64,000 nucleotides of DNA from Gemmatimonadales bacterium (lineage in GTDB: Bacteria; Gemmatimonadota; Gemmatimonadetes; Gemmatimonadales; GWC2-71-9), in assembly GCA_036741715.1 (NCBI GenBank), contig DAINRR010000010.1:136-64135 (forward strand), in the 5' to 3' direction. The translations under genes and the position numbers were made by a program. The notes under the pieces are model-generated. The model did no database searches, was not told where the DNA came from, and was given only the letters and a program-made list of their open reading frames with translations. Positions 20,841 through 30,002 of the stretch are shown here, piece after piece (position 1 is the stretch's first letter; each line of letters starts with the position of its first letter).

Positions 20841-21470
20841 CTATCCCGATCCCGCCCCCGTCGTCGCCGCCACGGCGCGCTGGTAGCCGTCCCGGACCTT
20901 GGCGATCGCACGGCGGAAGAAGCCGTACAGCTTCCAGATGATGAACCCGGCGATCAGGACCAGGACGAGGACGATGCCTGCGGTGAGCACCGGATGGGTC
21001 GCCGCGAGCCAGCTGAGGGCGACGGCAATGGCGTCCTCGAGGAAGCTCAGGAACCAGTTGCTGAACGGCTCCGGGCTCGCGTTGGCCGCGGCGCGGGCGG
21101 ATGCCTTCGCGCCGTGCGAGGTGAGCGCCACGCTCCCGCCGAGGAGGCCCGCGCCGAGTTTCCAGATTTCCGGAACGTCACCCCCGAAGGAGGCGTAGGC
21201 GAGCACCATCGCGGCCGGCGGCCGGATGAAGGTATGCACCGCGTCCCATGCGCTGTCGACGAGGGGGATCTTGTCGGCGATGAACTCGATGAGGAACAGC
21301 GTCACTGCGATCCCCATGACCGCGGGATGCGCGAGGATCTGCAGCGACGCCGGAAGCTCGACGATACCCAGCCGCTGGAAGAGCCCGGCGGTGGCCATCG
21401 TGAGGTAGAGATTGAGCCCCGAGGCGAACGAGGTCCCGAGGGCAAAGCCGAGCGTCTGCAGTGGATCCAC
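20841..21470 (-). CDS. DUF4126-like membrane protein
   Basis: SFASGLNLYLT, EFIADKIPLVDSAWDAVHTFIRP and PEPFSNWFLSFLED; GTG start. Confidence 0.85.
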   Translation of the reverse strand: MDPLQTLGFALGTSFASGLNLYLTMATAGLFQRLGIVELPASLQILAHPAVMGIAVTLFLIEFIADKIPLVDSAWDAVHTFIRPPAAMVLAYASFGGDVPEIWKLGAGLLGGSVALTSHGAKASARAAANASPEPFSNWFLSFLEDAIAVALSWLAATHPVLTAGIVLVLVLIAGFIIWKLYGFFRRAIAKVRDGYQRAVAATTGAGSG

Positions 21471-21597
21471 GTCGCACCTCGCTTCGAGCGGTGACGATGC
21501 GGTAATCATACGGGCGCGAGCGCCAGGATGGTACCGGGGGACGATCGGGCAGTCGTGCCTCGACGCAGAAGTCACCGGACAAACGGCATTCGACTGC

Positions 21598-21750
21598 GCA
21601 CACGAAAACACGAAAGAACGAAGGCATGAATGGCTACGGCTTCGGGCCCCGCTGCAAAAAAACAGCTCCGGACCCGCCCGGGATCCGAAGCCGACCGTGG
21701 ACATACGTCCACAATGCCTTCTTTTCTTTCGCGTTTTCGCGCTTTCGCGA
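21598..21750. repeat. Inverted-arm element with 8-nt units (ACACGAAA subtype)
   Basis: Left arm GCACACGAAAACACGAAAGAACGAAGGCAT; right arm ATGCCTTCTTTTCTTTCGCGTTTTCGCG; internal stems. The first 18 nt are identical to 28743-28760. Confidence 0.85.
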
Positions 21751-21852
21751 TTCTACCAGCCCCCCACCCGCATCACCCTCAACCGCCCGCACGCCACAAC
21801 GGCCCCCGTTCACCGCCGCCCTCTTTCGCCCCCGCGCGGCACGGTCGACTGT

Positions 21853-22701
21853 CTAGCGCAGCCACTCCACGTTCACGTTCCCGATCGTCGTCGACAGCGA
21901 GATCTCGACCTTGCGCTCCGATGCTGCGTAGCCCGGCGAGAGATAGATGTTGCCCTCGCGCGTCCAGCCGGCGTCGGCGAAGCTCGCGAGGAACTTCGCC
22001 ATCTCCACACGTACGCCGACATTCCTCGGCAGCCGCAGGGTCAGTTCGCCCATCGTCATCGAGACGTCGAGCTTCGCATCCGAGGCCCACACGCCGCTCA
22101 GGTCGAGGAGGGCCGTGCCGACGCCGCCGCTGAAGGTGATGCGGTCGCAGCGGCTGTTGCCGAGCCCGGTCAGGATCACTTCCGCCGCGCCCGCCTCGAT
22201 GACCGCGGCGCTGCACGGTGCCAGGTTCGGCGTCGAGAAGCGAATGGCCGATCGGCTCGCGCCGGTGCCGATCCGGAGCGTGGTGACCCGCAGGCCGCCC
22301 AGCTCGATGTCCGCATCCACCGCGCCGAGTGCCACGTCGAGCGCGAGCGAAACCGACGGCGAGAGGTGTACGACCGCCGTCTGCTCGAGATGCTCGCGCG
22401 ACGAGACGCGAATCCCCGACCGGCCCGTGCTTTCGAGCCCGAGGTGGACCGAGCCGGCGACAGGATCGAAGCGGCTGATCGGCCGGAAGCGTTCGGTATC
22501 GTACGCGAGCTGGAGACCGTAGAGGCGGCTGGGCGGTCCGGGGGCGAGCCGGAGAGACCCGGCACCGAAATCGAGGCGGGTCGAGAGGCGGCTTTCACCG
22601 TGCCGCTGACGCGCGGAACTGAACTCCCGCATCTGCTGCGCCGCACCGGCTGCCGGGACGAGCAGCAGGGCGGCAGCCATCGCGAGGACCCCGCGCGTCA
22701 C
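21853..22701 (-). CDS. Secreted beta-rich protein (LiaF/DUF2154-like)
   Basis: Signal peptide ending GAAQ; repeated beta motifs (LDVALGAVDADIELGG, LDVSMTMGELTLRLP); GTGA coupling. Confidence 0.7.
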   Translation of the reverse strand: MTRGVLAMAAALLLVPAAGAAQQMREFSSARQRHGESRLSTRLDFGAGSLRLAPGPPSRLYGLQLAYDTERFRPISRFDPVAGSVHLGLESTGRSGIRVSSREHLEQTAVVHLSPSVSLALDVALGAVDADIELGGLRVTTLRIGTGASRSAIRFSTPNLAPCSAAVIEAGAAEVILTGLGNSRCDRITFSGGVGTALLDLSGVWASDAKLDVSMTMGELTLRLPRNVGVRVEMAKFLASFADAGWTREGNIYLSPGYAASERKVEISLSTTIGNVNVEWLR

Positions 22702-23993
22702 GCGCCGGGTCCGGTGGTGCGACTGCCCGCGCCCGGCCGCTTGACGGCGGGGACGCCGAACTGCGGGGTGGCCCAGAGGTACTCGTCCGTCAGCGCTTCG
22801 GGGGGGATGATGCGGCCGGCAAAATTCTCCCGGATCCCCGCCCGGCTCAGCAGGGCGGCGCCGAGGCCGGCGGTCGCGAGGAGCCAGGTGACGAGCACCG
22901 CCGCTCCGCGGATCAGGGCGCCCGCGACAGGCACCCACCCGAACAGGGCCCACGCGAGCCAGAGCGCGGTCGTCGCAACGAGGCCGACGAGGAGGAACTG
23001 ATAGCTTCCCGGCGCGCCGACCAGGATCCCCTGGGCGAGCCGGCGGCGCGTGTAGGTCTCTCCCATTGCATGCGCCACGGCGAGGTAACCACCCACGACG
23101 CCGATGATAACCAGGAGCAGGTAGACCGCGACGGCGAACGGCAGCAGCAGAATCCCGGCGACGCTCAGCACGAGCCCGACCACGAGCATCCCGAATGTCG
23201 GGAGGATGAGGATCTGCCCGACGAGTCCGGTGACGAAGGAGCGACCGAAGCTGTGGGAGACGGTATCCGAGACCACCTGCAGGTTCTGCCGGCCGAACGC
23301 GGCGAGACCACAGCCCAGCGCCGCCAGCGCCAGGAAGACGCCCACCACGCCGGCGAGCCGCCGAAGCGTGGCCGCTCCCGCGGACAGCGGCGGATCGGCG
23401 GCGGCTACCTGGGTGGTCGATGCACTCAGCGTCCGCGCCTCGCCGCCGATCTCGCCGCCCCGATCGTGCACGGCGCCGTGGATCGCGACGACGTCGCCCG
23501 AGATGACCGCGCCCGGGTGGACGACGATGTCGCCGTCGTAGGTGACGAGGTTCCCCTGCAGGCGGCCGAAGATCTGCGCGTCGCCGCGGACCACGAGCAG
23601 GTGACCGGCGATCGACTGATCCGAGCCGACGCTGTACGCCCCCAGACGGGCCGTGCCGTTGGGGATCGTGACCCGCATTTCGCTTTCGGGCAATGCGGCG
23701 AGGCGGTTCAGGTGCTCTTCGAGGGCGAGGGGGTTCGAGAGATCGGAGAGGTCGAGCGAAAGGCCCTGCGGCGGCGCCTCGGGAATGGCCTGCGGCTGCG
23801 CGGCCTGCGGACGGGACCGCACCGTGCGGACCGAATCGCTTCCTTCGCCCCGGATCTGCTGCAGGAACTGCCAGATATCCCGTGCGGCTCCGGCGGCGAC
23901 ATCGGCCGCATCCCCGGGATCCGCCTGGACGGGCCGGGCCGAGCCGCCGCCGACCAGCAGCGCAAGCGCGAGGGCGACGCTAGGCGTGCGCAT
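22698..23993 (-). CDS. Membrane protein with polymer-forming/bactofilin-like N-domain and C-terminal TM bundle
   Basis: Signal peptide; beta-repeat GDAQIFGRLQGNLVTYDGDIVVHPGAVISGDVVAIHG; four TM helices. Confidence 0.7.
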   Translation of the reverse strand: MRTPSVALALALLVGGGSARPVQADPGDAADVAAGAARDIWQFLQQIRGEGSDSVRTVRSRPQAAQPQAIPEAPPQGLSLDLSDLSNPLALEEHLNRLAALPESEMRVTIPNGTARLGAYSVGSDQSIAGHLLVVRGDAQIFGRLQGNLVTYDGDIVVHPGAVISGDVVAIHGAVHDRGGEIGGEARTLSASTTQVAAADPPLSAGAATLRRLAGVVGVFLALAALGCGLAAFGRQNLQVVSDTVSHSFGRSFVTGLVGQILILPTFGMLVVGLVLSVAGILLLPFAVAVYLLLVIIGVVGGYLAVAHAMGETYTRRRLAQGILVGAPGSYQFLLVGLVATTALWLAWALFGWVPVAGALIRGAAVLVTWLLATAGLGAALLSRAGIRENFAGRIIPPEALTDEYLWATPQFGVPAVKRPGAGSRTTGPGA

Positions 23994-24588
23994 GCGCCCC
24001 TCCCTGTGGAGGAAGGGCCATCAGCTTCCGCAGCGCGAAGACACCGCCGAGATAGACCGTCGAGATCACCGCGGAGAGAATGGCGAGGCGGGTCGGTGAG
24101 CCGAGGAAGCCGCGCGCCGCGGCATACCACGGCTGCTCCATCAGGTTGGCCGCACCGCCACGGACGGCGATCCAGAGCCAGCCGACGGCCTCGCCGCCGA
24201 GCCACGAGCCGGCCGCCGCGAGGGTCTCGCGATTGCCGAGCGTCCAGATGATGCTTGCCGCCATCGCGCCGACCACGATGATGGCGACCGAAGCCGCTGC
24301 GGCAAGCGAGCGCCGCGTGGCGAACATCCTGCGCCGCGCGGTGCCGAACGAGTGGAGCGCGAACGGGTCGGGCAGTACCACGCGCGCCATGACCTGCTCG
24401 GGGAATTCCGCCGAAGGGGCAAAGCGTGAGAGCGACTCCAGTCGCGTGACGAGCGTGCGATCCGCGGCGACCTGCTCGCGGCACGAGGCGCATTCGTCGA
24501 GGTGCCGGTGCGCGTCCTGGCTCGCGGCGCCCTCGAGGAGGGCGTCGAAATCGTCGGACGACAGGTGCGGATTCGCGGACCGGGTCAT
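23980..24588 (-). CDS. Zinc-binding anti-sigma factor (zf-HC2/ZAS)
   Basis: N-terminal His plus HLDECASC (HxxxCxxC), followed by TM segments; directly downstream of the ECF sigma gene. Confidence 0.85.
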   Translation of the reverse strand: MTRSANPHLSSDDFDALLEGAASQDAHRHLDECASCREQVAADRTLVTRLESLSRFAPSAEFPEQVMARVVLPDPFALHSFGTARRRMFATRRSLAAAASVAIIVVGAMAASIIWTLGNRETLAAAGSWLGGEAVGWLWIAVRGGAANLMEQPWYAAARGFLGSPTRLAILSAVISTVYLGGVFALRKLMALPPQGGAHAHA

Positions 24589-24625
24589 AAGTGAACCCTC
24601 CTACGGCAGGTATTCATCGAAGGTT

Positions 24626-25231
24626 TCATTCGCGGAGGTGGGCGAGCGACTGTCGCAACTCGTTACGCGCCCGGTGGATGTACGTCTTCACCGTACCGAG
24701 GGGAAGATTGAGGATTTCGGCGATTTCCTCGTACGCGCGGCCCTCGACGTGGCGGAGGAGAATGCAGGAGCGGTACTCGGGCCGGAGCCGGCCGATGGCC
24801 GCCTCGATGGCGCCGCCGAGCTCCTTCGCTTCGACGGCATCGAGAGGGGACTCGAGCCGGTTCCCGATCTGCAGCGCCGTCGCCTCCATCGCCTCGGGCG
24901 TCTCGGCGTGCGGCGAGCCGTCGAGCGAGAGGGTATCGAGCTCGCGCCGGCGGAGGTGATCGATCGCCGCGTTGTTGGCGATCTTGAAGATCCAGGAGGA
25001 GAACTTGAACTCGGGACGGTACGACTCGATGGCGTTGAGCGCCTTGACGAACGTCTCCTGGGCGAGGTCCTCGGCGAGCTCGCGATCGCGCACCATGCGG
25101 AAGACCAGCGAGAAGATCGGCCGCTCGTAGCGGCGGATCAGCTCGCGGTACGCCGGCTCGTGGCCCGTGCGTGCGAGGGCCACGACTTCCTGGTCCGTCG
25201 CGGCGGCGAGCGCGGCGCGCCGATCGGTCAC
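24626..25231 (-). CDS. ECF RNA polymerase sigma-70 factor
   Basis: AEDLAQETFVKA, FSSWIFKIANNAAIDHLRR and GTVKTYIHRARNELR; regions 2 and 4 only. Confidence 0.95.
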   Translation of the reverse strand: MTDRRAALAAATDQEVVALARTGHEPAYRELIRRYERPIFSLVFRMVRDRELAEDLAQETFVKALNAIESYRPEFKFSSWIFKIANNAAIDHLRRRELDTLSLDGSPHAETPEAMEATALQIGNRLESPLDAVEAKELGGAIEAAIGRLRPEYRSCILLRHVEGRAYEEIAEILNLPLGTVKTYIHRARNELRQSLAHLRE

Positions 25232-25285
25232 AGGCCGTGCCCGCTGCTTGCGGCGGGGCTCCGCAGGGGACTACATTCTGCGCCT

Positions 25286-26017
25286 ATGTTCGCCTCGGAT
25301 CGTGAGTTACCAGTCTCGGGCGGGGCGGAGAAGCGGGCCTACGTCCGCCAGATGTTCACCGCCGTCGCGCCCACGTACGACCGGCTCAACCGCATCATCA
25401 GCATGCGGCTGGATCTGTACTGGAGACGCAAATCGGTCGAGCAGCTCGACTGGGAGCGGGCTCCGGCCGGCCGCTATCTCGATCTCTGCGCCGGCACGCT
25501 CGATTTCGCCGCCATCCTCTCGCGCCAGCCGGGATTCCGCGGCCGGATCATCGGCGCGGATTTCGTACAGCCGATGCTCGAGCTCGGACGGCACAAGTCG
25601 GCTCGCGTCGATCCGGTCACGGCCGACGCCCTCGAGCTGCCCTTTCCTGATGCCGCGTTCGACGGCGCCGTGGTAGGATGGGGCGTCCGGAACCTGGCCG
25701 ACCTCGATGCCGGGCTCCGGGAAGCGGCGCGCGTCCTGAGGCCGGGAGCGCGGCTCGTCGTGCTCGAAATGAGCACGCCGCCGCACCAGCCGCTGCGCGG
25801 GCTGTATCTGGCCTACTTCGAGCACGTGCTGCCGCGCATCGGACGGTTGATCTCGAAACATACGACGGCGTATGACTGGCTTCCAGAGTCCGCCCGCGTC
25901 TTTCCCGATCCGCCGGAGCTCGCGCGCCGTCTGGAAGCCGCCGGATTCGCCGACGTCCGCTACACCCGCTTTCTTGGCGGGGTCACGGCAATGCACGTGG
26001 GAATTCGAAAGGAATGA
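25286..26017 (+). CDS. ubiE: UbiE/MenG family methyltransferase (demethylmenaquinone methyltransferase)
   Basis: VRQMFTAVAPTYDRLNRIIS, LDLCAGTLD, GVRNLADLDAGLREAARVLRPGA and YDWLPES. Confidence 0.9.
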   Translation: MFASDRELPVSGGAEKRAYVRQMFTAVAPTYDRLNRIISMRLDLYWRRKSVEQLDWERAPAGRYLDLCAGTLDFAAILSRQPGFRGRIIGADFVQPMLELGRHKSARVDPVTADALELPFPDAAFDGAVVGWGVRNLADLDAGLREAARVLRPGARLVVLEMSTPPHQPLRGLYLAYFEHVLPRIGRLISKHTTAYDWLPESARVFPDPPELARRLEAAGFADVRYTRFLGGVTAMHVGIRKE

Positions 26018-26031
26018 TCTGTTCTTGATCT

Positions 26032-26267
26032 TGAACCGCGGAGGCGCGGAGGCGCGGAGACACCACGGAGGGCTCCTGGTTGGGGTGGCTCCGTGAACAG
26101 TGTGAGGTTCCGTGAGGATTTTTGTGGGCTCGCCCACCGGCTCCGCGCGCCGGAGGAAGCCGGAGCCTTCAGAAAAATCAAAGCCGGATGGCTGCCCGGT
26201 GCACGGCGCTCTTCAATTCACGGAGCCCCTCCGCGTTCCCTCCGCGCTTCCGCGCCTCCGCGGTTCA
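26032..26267. repeat. Inverted-arm element with 8-nt units (GCGGAGGC subtype)
   Basis: Perfect 19-bp IR TGAACCGCGGAGGCGCGGA (26032-26050) / TCCGCGCCTCCGCGGTTCA (26249-26267), extending imperfectly to about 45 bp. Confidence 0.9.
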
Positions 26268-26294
26268 CAATGAAGCTTTCAACAAGTTCAATCA

Positions 26295-27773
26295 ATGGCG
26301 ATTGACAGTCTGCGGGACTTCATCACGGAAATCGACGCGATCGGCGAGCTGGTCCGGGTCACCGAACCGGTCCGGGCTCGGCTCGAGGTGGCCGAGATCG
26401 CGGATCGGTGCATGAAGAGCCCGGGCGGAGGGCCGGCGCTGCTGTTCGAGCAGGTGATCCTCGACAACGGCGAGCGCAGCGCGCACCCGGTGGCCATCAA
26501 TCTCTTCGGCTCGATGCGCCGGATGTGCCTGGCACTCGGGGTGCAGTCGCTCGATGAGGTGGGCGGGCGGATCTCGCAGCTTCTCGACCTCAAGGTGCCC
26601 GACGGACTGTTCGGGAAGCTCTCGATGCTCCCGAGGCTCGCGGAAGTCGCGAAGTTCCCGCCGAGAACCCGGAGCGGTCGGGCACCCTGCCAGGACGTGG
26701 TGCTTCAGGGACGCGAGGTGGATCTCGATGCGATCCCGTTCCTCACCACCTGGCCCGGCGATGGCGGCCGCTACATCACCCTGCCCATGGTGATCACCAC
26801 CGACCCCGCGCGCGGAACGCGCAACGTCGGGATGTATCGCATTCAGGTGCTCGGCCGGGACACGCTCGCCATGCACTGGCAGCGGCACAAGGTCGGTGCC
26901 GCGCACTGGCGCGACATGGCGGCGCGCGGCGAGCGGATGCCCGTGGTGATCGCGCTCGGCGGCGATCCGGCGAGCATCTACTCGGGCTCGGCGCCACTGC
27001 CTCCGAACATCGACGAGTTCATTTTCGCCGGCTTCCTCCGGAGAGCACCGGTCGAGCTCGCCAGGGCGATCACGTGCGATCTCGAGGTGCCCGCCGAGGC
27101 GGAAATGGTGATCGAGGGCTACATCGATCCGGCCGAGGAGCTCGTGCTGGAGGGACCCTTCGGCGACCACACGGGATTCTACTCGCTCGCCGACTACTAC
27201 CCGAAGGTGCACGTCACGGCGATCACCATGCGCCGGAACCCGATCTATCCGGCGACGCTCGTCGGGAAGCCGCCGATGGAAGACTACTATCTCGGCCATG
27301 CCACCGAGCGCATCTTCCTGCCGCTGCTCCGGCTCACGGTTCCCGAGATCGTGGACTACCACATGCCCGCGGCCGGGATCTTCCACAATCTCGTCTTCGT
27401 GTCCATCGACAAGCAGTATCCGGGGCAGGCCTACAAGGTCATGAACGCCCTCTGGGGCCAGGGACTGATGTCCCTGGCGAAGGTCCTGGTGATCGTGGAT
27501 CGCGAGATCGATGTCCGCAACCCCGATGAGGCGTGGTGGGCCGCCCTCAACAACATCGATCCGGAGCGCGACGTGCGCTTCACGATGGGACCGGTGGACG
27601 TCCTCGACCATGCGAGCCGCGCCTTCACCTACGGCAGCAAGATGGGCATCGACGGTACGCGGAAGTGGCCGGAAGAGGGGTTCGCACGCGAGTGGCCGGA
27701 CGTGATCGAGATGGATCCGGCGACGAAGGCGCGCGTCGATGAGCTGTGGCCGAAGCTGGGCATCACCTTGTGA
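26295..27773 (+). CDS. ubiD: UbiD family prFMN decarboxylase (MqnL-like)
   Basis: GGGPALLF, INLFGS, RNVGMYRIQV, MHWQRHK, EGPFGDHTGFYS and GKPPMED. Confidence 0.95.
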   Translation: MAIDSLRDFITEIDAIGELVRVTEPVRARLEVAEIADRCMKSPGGGPALLFEQVILDNGERSAHPVAINLFGSMRRMCLALGVQSLDEVGGRISQLLDLKVPDGLFGKLSMLPRLAEVAKFPPRTRSGRAPCQDVVLQGREVDLDAIPFLTTWPGDGGRYITLPMVITTDPARGTRNVGMYRIQVLGRDTLAMHWQRHKVGAAHWRDMAARGERMPVVIALGGDPASIYSGSAPLPPNIDEFIFAGFLRRAPVELARAITCDLEVPAEAEMVIEGYIDPAEELVLEGPFGDHTGFYSLADYYPKVHVTAITMRRNPIYPATLVGKPPMEDYYLGHATERIFLPLLRLTVPEIVDYHMPAAGIFHNLVFVSIDKQYPGQAYKVMNALWGQGLMSLAKVLVIVDREIDVRNPDEAWWAALNNIDPERDVRFTMGPVDVLDHASRAFTYGSKMGIDGTRKWPEEGFAREWPDVIEMDPATKARVDELWPKLGITL

Positions 27774-28690
27774 GCCACGGAGGCGCGGCCACGCGGAGGA
27801 CGCAGGAAGGACAGACGTTCGGCGGCGACTCGCTGCTGATCCGGTACGTCAACTTCGTGAAGCTGCCGCATACCCTCTTTGCGCTGCCGTTCGCGCTGCT
27901 CGGCGTTCTGGCGGCCTCGCGCGTCGCGCCGGTCGAGTGGCGGACGGTCCTCTGGGTCGTCGTCGCATTCTCCGCGGCGCGCTGGGTCGCGATGGGGTTC
28001 AATCGCATCGCGGACCGCGCCTACGATGCGCGCAATCCCCGGACGATGAACCGCGAGCTGCCGAAGGGGACGCTCTCGCTCGGGCAGGCCTGGACGTCGG
28101 TTGCCCTGGCGTCGGCGCTGTTCGTCGTCGCGGCATGGTCGCTCAACCCGCTTTGTGCCCTGCTGAGCCCTGTCGCGCTCGCGTGGATCGTCGCCTACAG
28201 CTTCGCGAAGCGGTTCACGTCCTGGCCGCATCTCTGGCTCGGGATGAGCCTCGCGATCGCGCCCGTGGGCGGTTATATCGCCGTGACGGGCGCGTGGAGC
28301 CGGCCGGCGTGGCTGCTCGTCGCGATCACGATCGGCGTCGCGACGTGGGTGGCCGGATTCGACATCTTCTATGCGCTCCCCGACGAGTCGTTCGACCGAT
28401 CGGAAGGTCTCCGGAGCGCCGTGGTCCGCCTCGGCCAGCGCCGCGCGATCCTCGCGGCCAAGCTCCTGCACGGCGCCACGATCCCGGCACTCGCGCTGTT
28501 CGGGTGGGGTGCGGGGTTCGGGATCTGGTACTACGCCGGCCTTCTCGTGGCCGCAGGCATTCTCGCCTACGAACACCGGCTTGTGACGCCCGGCAACCTC
28601 TCGCGTCTCGACGCCGCGTTCTTCACGATGAACGGCGTGATGAGCGTGACGGTCTTCATCTTCGCGCTGGCGGACAGGCTCGTTCGATAG
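27770..28690 (+). CDS. ubiA: UbiA family prenyltransferase (MqnP-like)
   Basis: KLPHTLFALPFA, AMGFNRIADRAYDARNPRTMNRELP, YSFAKRFT and GFDIFYALPD. Confidence 0.93.
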   Translation: MSHGGAATRRTQEGQTFGGDSLLIRYVNFVKLPHTLFALPFALLGVLAASRVAPVEWRTVLWVVVAFSAARWVAMGFNRIADRAYDARNPRTMNRELPKGTLSLGQAWTSVALASALFVVAAWSLNPLCALLSPVALAWIVAYSFAKRFTSWPHLWLGMSLAIAPVGGYIAVTGAWSRPAWLLVAITIGVATWVAGFDIFYALPDESFDRSEGLRSAVVRLGQRRAILAAKLLHGATIPALALFGWGAGFGIWYYAGLLVAAGILAYEHRLVTPGNLSRLDAAFFTMNGVMSVTVFIFALADRLVR

Positions 28691-28742
28691 AACCGTCGAA
28701 GGCGGCGGGAGCGACCATCGGGGACAGGGAACCGTTTCAAAA

Positions 28743-28867
28743 GCACACGAAAACACGAAAGCGCGAAGGGGCCCGATTTCGGGCGAGGCTCCCAGCTCCG
28801 CCCCAGCTCAAAGTCTTTCGTAGTGTTCGTGTTTTCGCAGTTTCCCTGTTTTCGTGTTTTCGTGTGC
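28743..28867. repeat. Inverted-arm element with 8-nt units (ACACGAAA subtype)
   Basis: Perfect 18-bp IR GCACACGAAAACACGAAA (28743-28760) / TTTCGTGTTTTCGTGTGC (28850-28867). Confidence 0.9.
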
Positions 28868-28921
28868 GGCAGTTTACTACTCCCGGGCTGATTCTCACCT
28901 CGCACGCCGATCCGAGGTCCG

Positions 28922-29509
28922 ATGACCCGACAGCTTCCAACGGTACTTGCGATCACGGGTGCGAGCGGGGCGCCGTATGCGGTGCGGCTCCTCGAGGTGC
29001 TCACGCGGGCTCGAGTGCCGGTCTGGCTCATCGTCTCCGGCCACGGCATGCGACTCCTGCAGGAGGAGTGCGGAATCGGCAGTCTCGAGGCACTCGAGGG
29101 GGCCGTGGCCGCAGAGGGGTCCGATGTGCGGACCTTCACCGACTCGGATCGCGGCGCGAAGCCGGCCTCGGGATCGCAGCCGACGGCGGGGATGGTGATC
29201 TGTCCCTGCTCGATGGGCACACTGTCGGCCGTTGCCCACGGCTCGAGCCGCTCGCTCATCGAGCGCGCGGCCGACGTGACGCTCAAGGAGGGGCGGAAGC
29301 TGGTGCTCGTGCCGAGGGAGACACCACTCTCGCTGGTCCACCTGCGGAACATGGCCGCCTGCGTCGAGGCGGGCGCCACCGTGCTGCCGGCGGCGCCCGG
29401 CTTCTATCACCGGCCGACGCGGGTCGCGGAGCTCGTGGATTTCGTCGTGCAGCGGATCGTGGACCAGCTCGGACTCGGCCTCGACATCACGCGCCGCTGG
29501 GAGGGGTGA
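28922..29509 (+). CDS. ubiX: Flavin prenyltransferase UbiX
   Basis: AITGASGAPY, ASGS, PCSMGTL, RAADVTLKEGRKLVLVPRETP and PAAPGFYHRP. Confidence 0.96.
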   Translation: MTRQLPTVLAITGASGAPYAVRLLEVLTRARVPVWLIVSGHGMRLLQEECGIGSLEALEGAVAAEGSDVRTFTDSDRGAKPASGSQPTAGMVICPCSMGTLSAVAHGSSRSLIERAADVTLKEGRKLVLVPRETPLSLVHLRNMAACVEAGATVLPAAPGFYHRPTRVAELVDFVVQRIVDQLGLGLDITRRWEG

Positions 29510-29510
29510 G

Positions 29511-29993
29511 GTGCGGCTCGGCATCATTTCCGATACCCACAATCTGCTGCGGCCGGAAGTCTTCGACATCTTCCGCGAGGTGGACCACATCATCCACGCC
29601 GGGGACATCGGCGAGCCGGATATCCTGACGTCGCTCGAGGCGATTGCGCCGGTCACGGCGGTGTACGGCAACACCGACGGCTGGGAAATTCGGAGCCGGG
29701 TGCCGCAGGTGGCGAAGGTCCGGCTCGACGGCTTCGACTTCGTGGTGACCCATGGCGATCAGCTCGGGCGGCCGACGCCGGAGACGCTGCATGCGGCATT
29801 CCCCGAGGCGGAAATTCTCGTCTACGGTCACACCCACCGGCCGCTCATCGAAACGGTGGACCTCGTGGTGACCGTGATGAATCCCGGCGGCGCCGGTCCG
29901 GCACGCTTCGACATTCTCCCGTCGGTCGGCATCATGGAGCTCGAGCCAGGCATCCCGCCGCGGGCCCGGCTGGTTCCGCTCACGGACGACTGA
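29511..29993 (+). CDS. Metallophosphoesterase (YfcE/MJ0936 family)
   Basis: ISDTH, IHAGD, GNTD, THGD, GHTH and NPG motifs. Confidence 0.92.
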   Translation: MRLGIISDTHNLLRPEVFDIFREVDHIIHAGDIGEPDILTSLEAIAPVTAVYGNTDGWEIRSRVPQVAKVRLDGFDFVVTHGDQLGRPTPETLHAAFPEAEILVYGHTHRPLIETVDLVVTVMNPGGAGPARFDILPSVGIMELEPGIPPRARLVPLTDD

Positions 29994-30002
29994 GGGCGTC
30001 TC

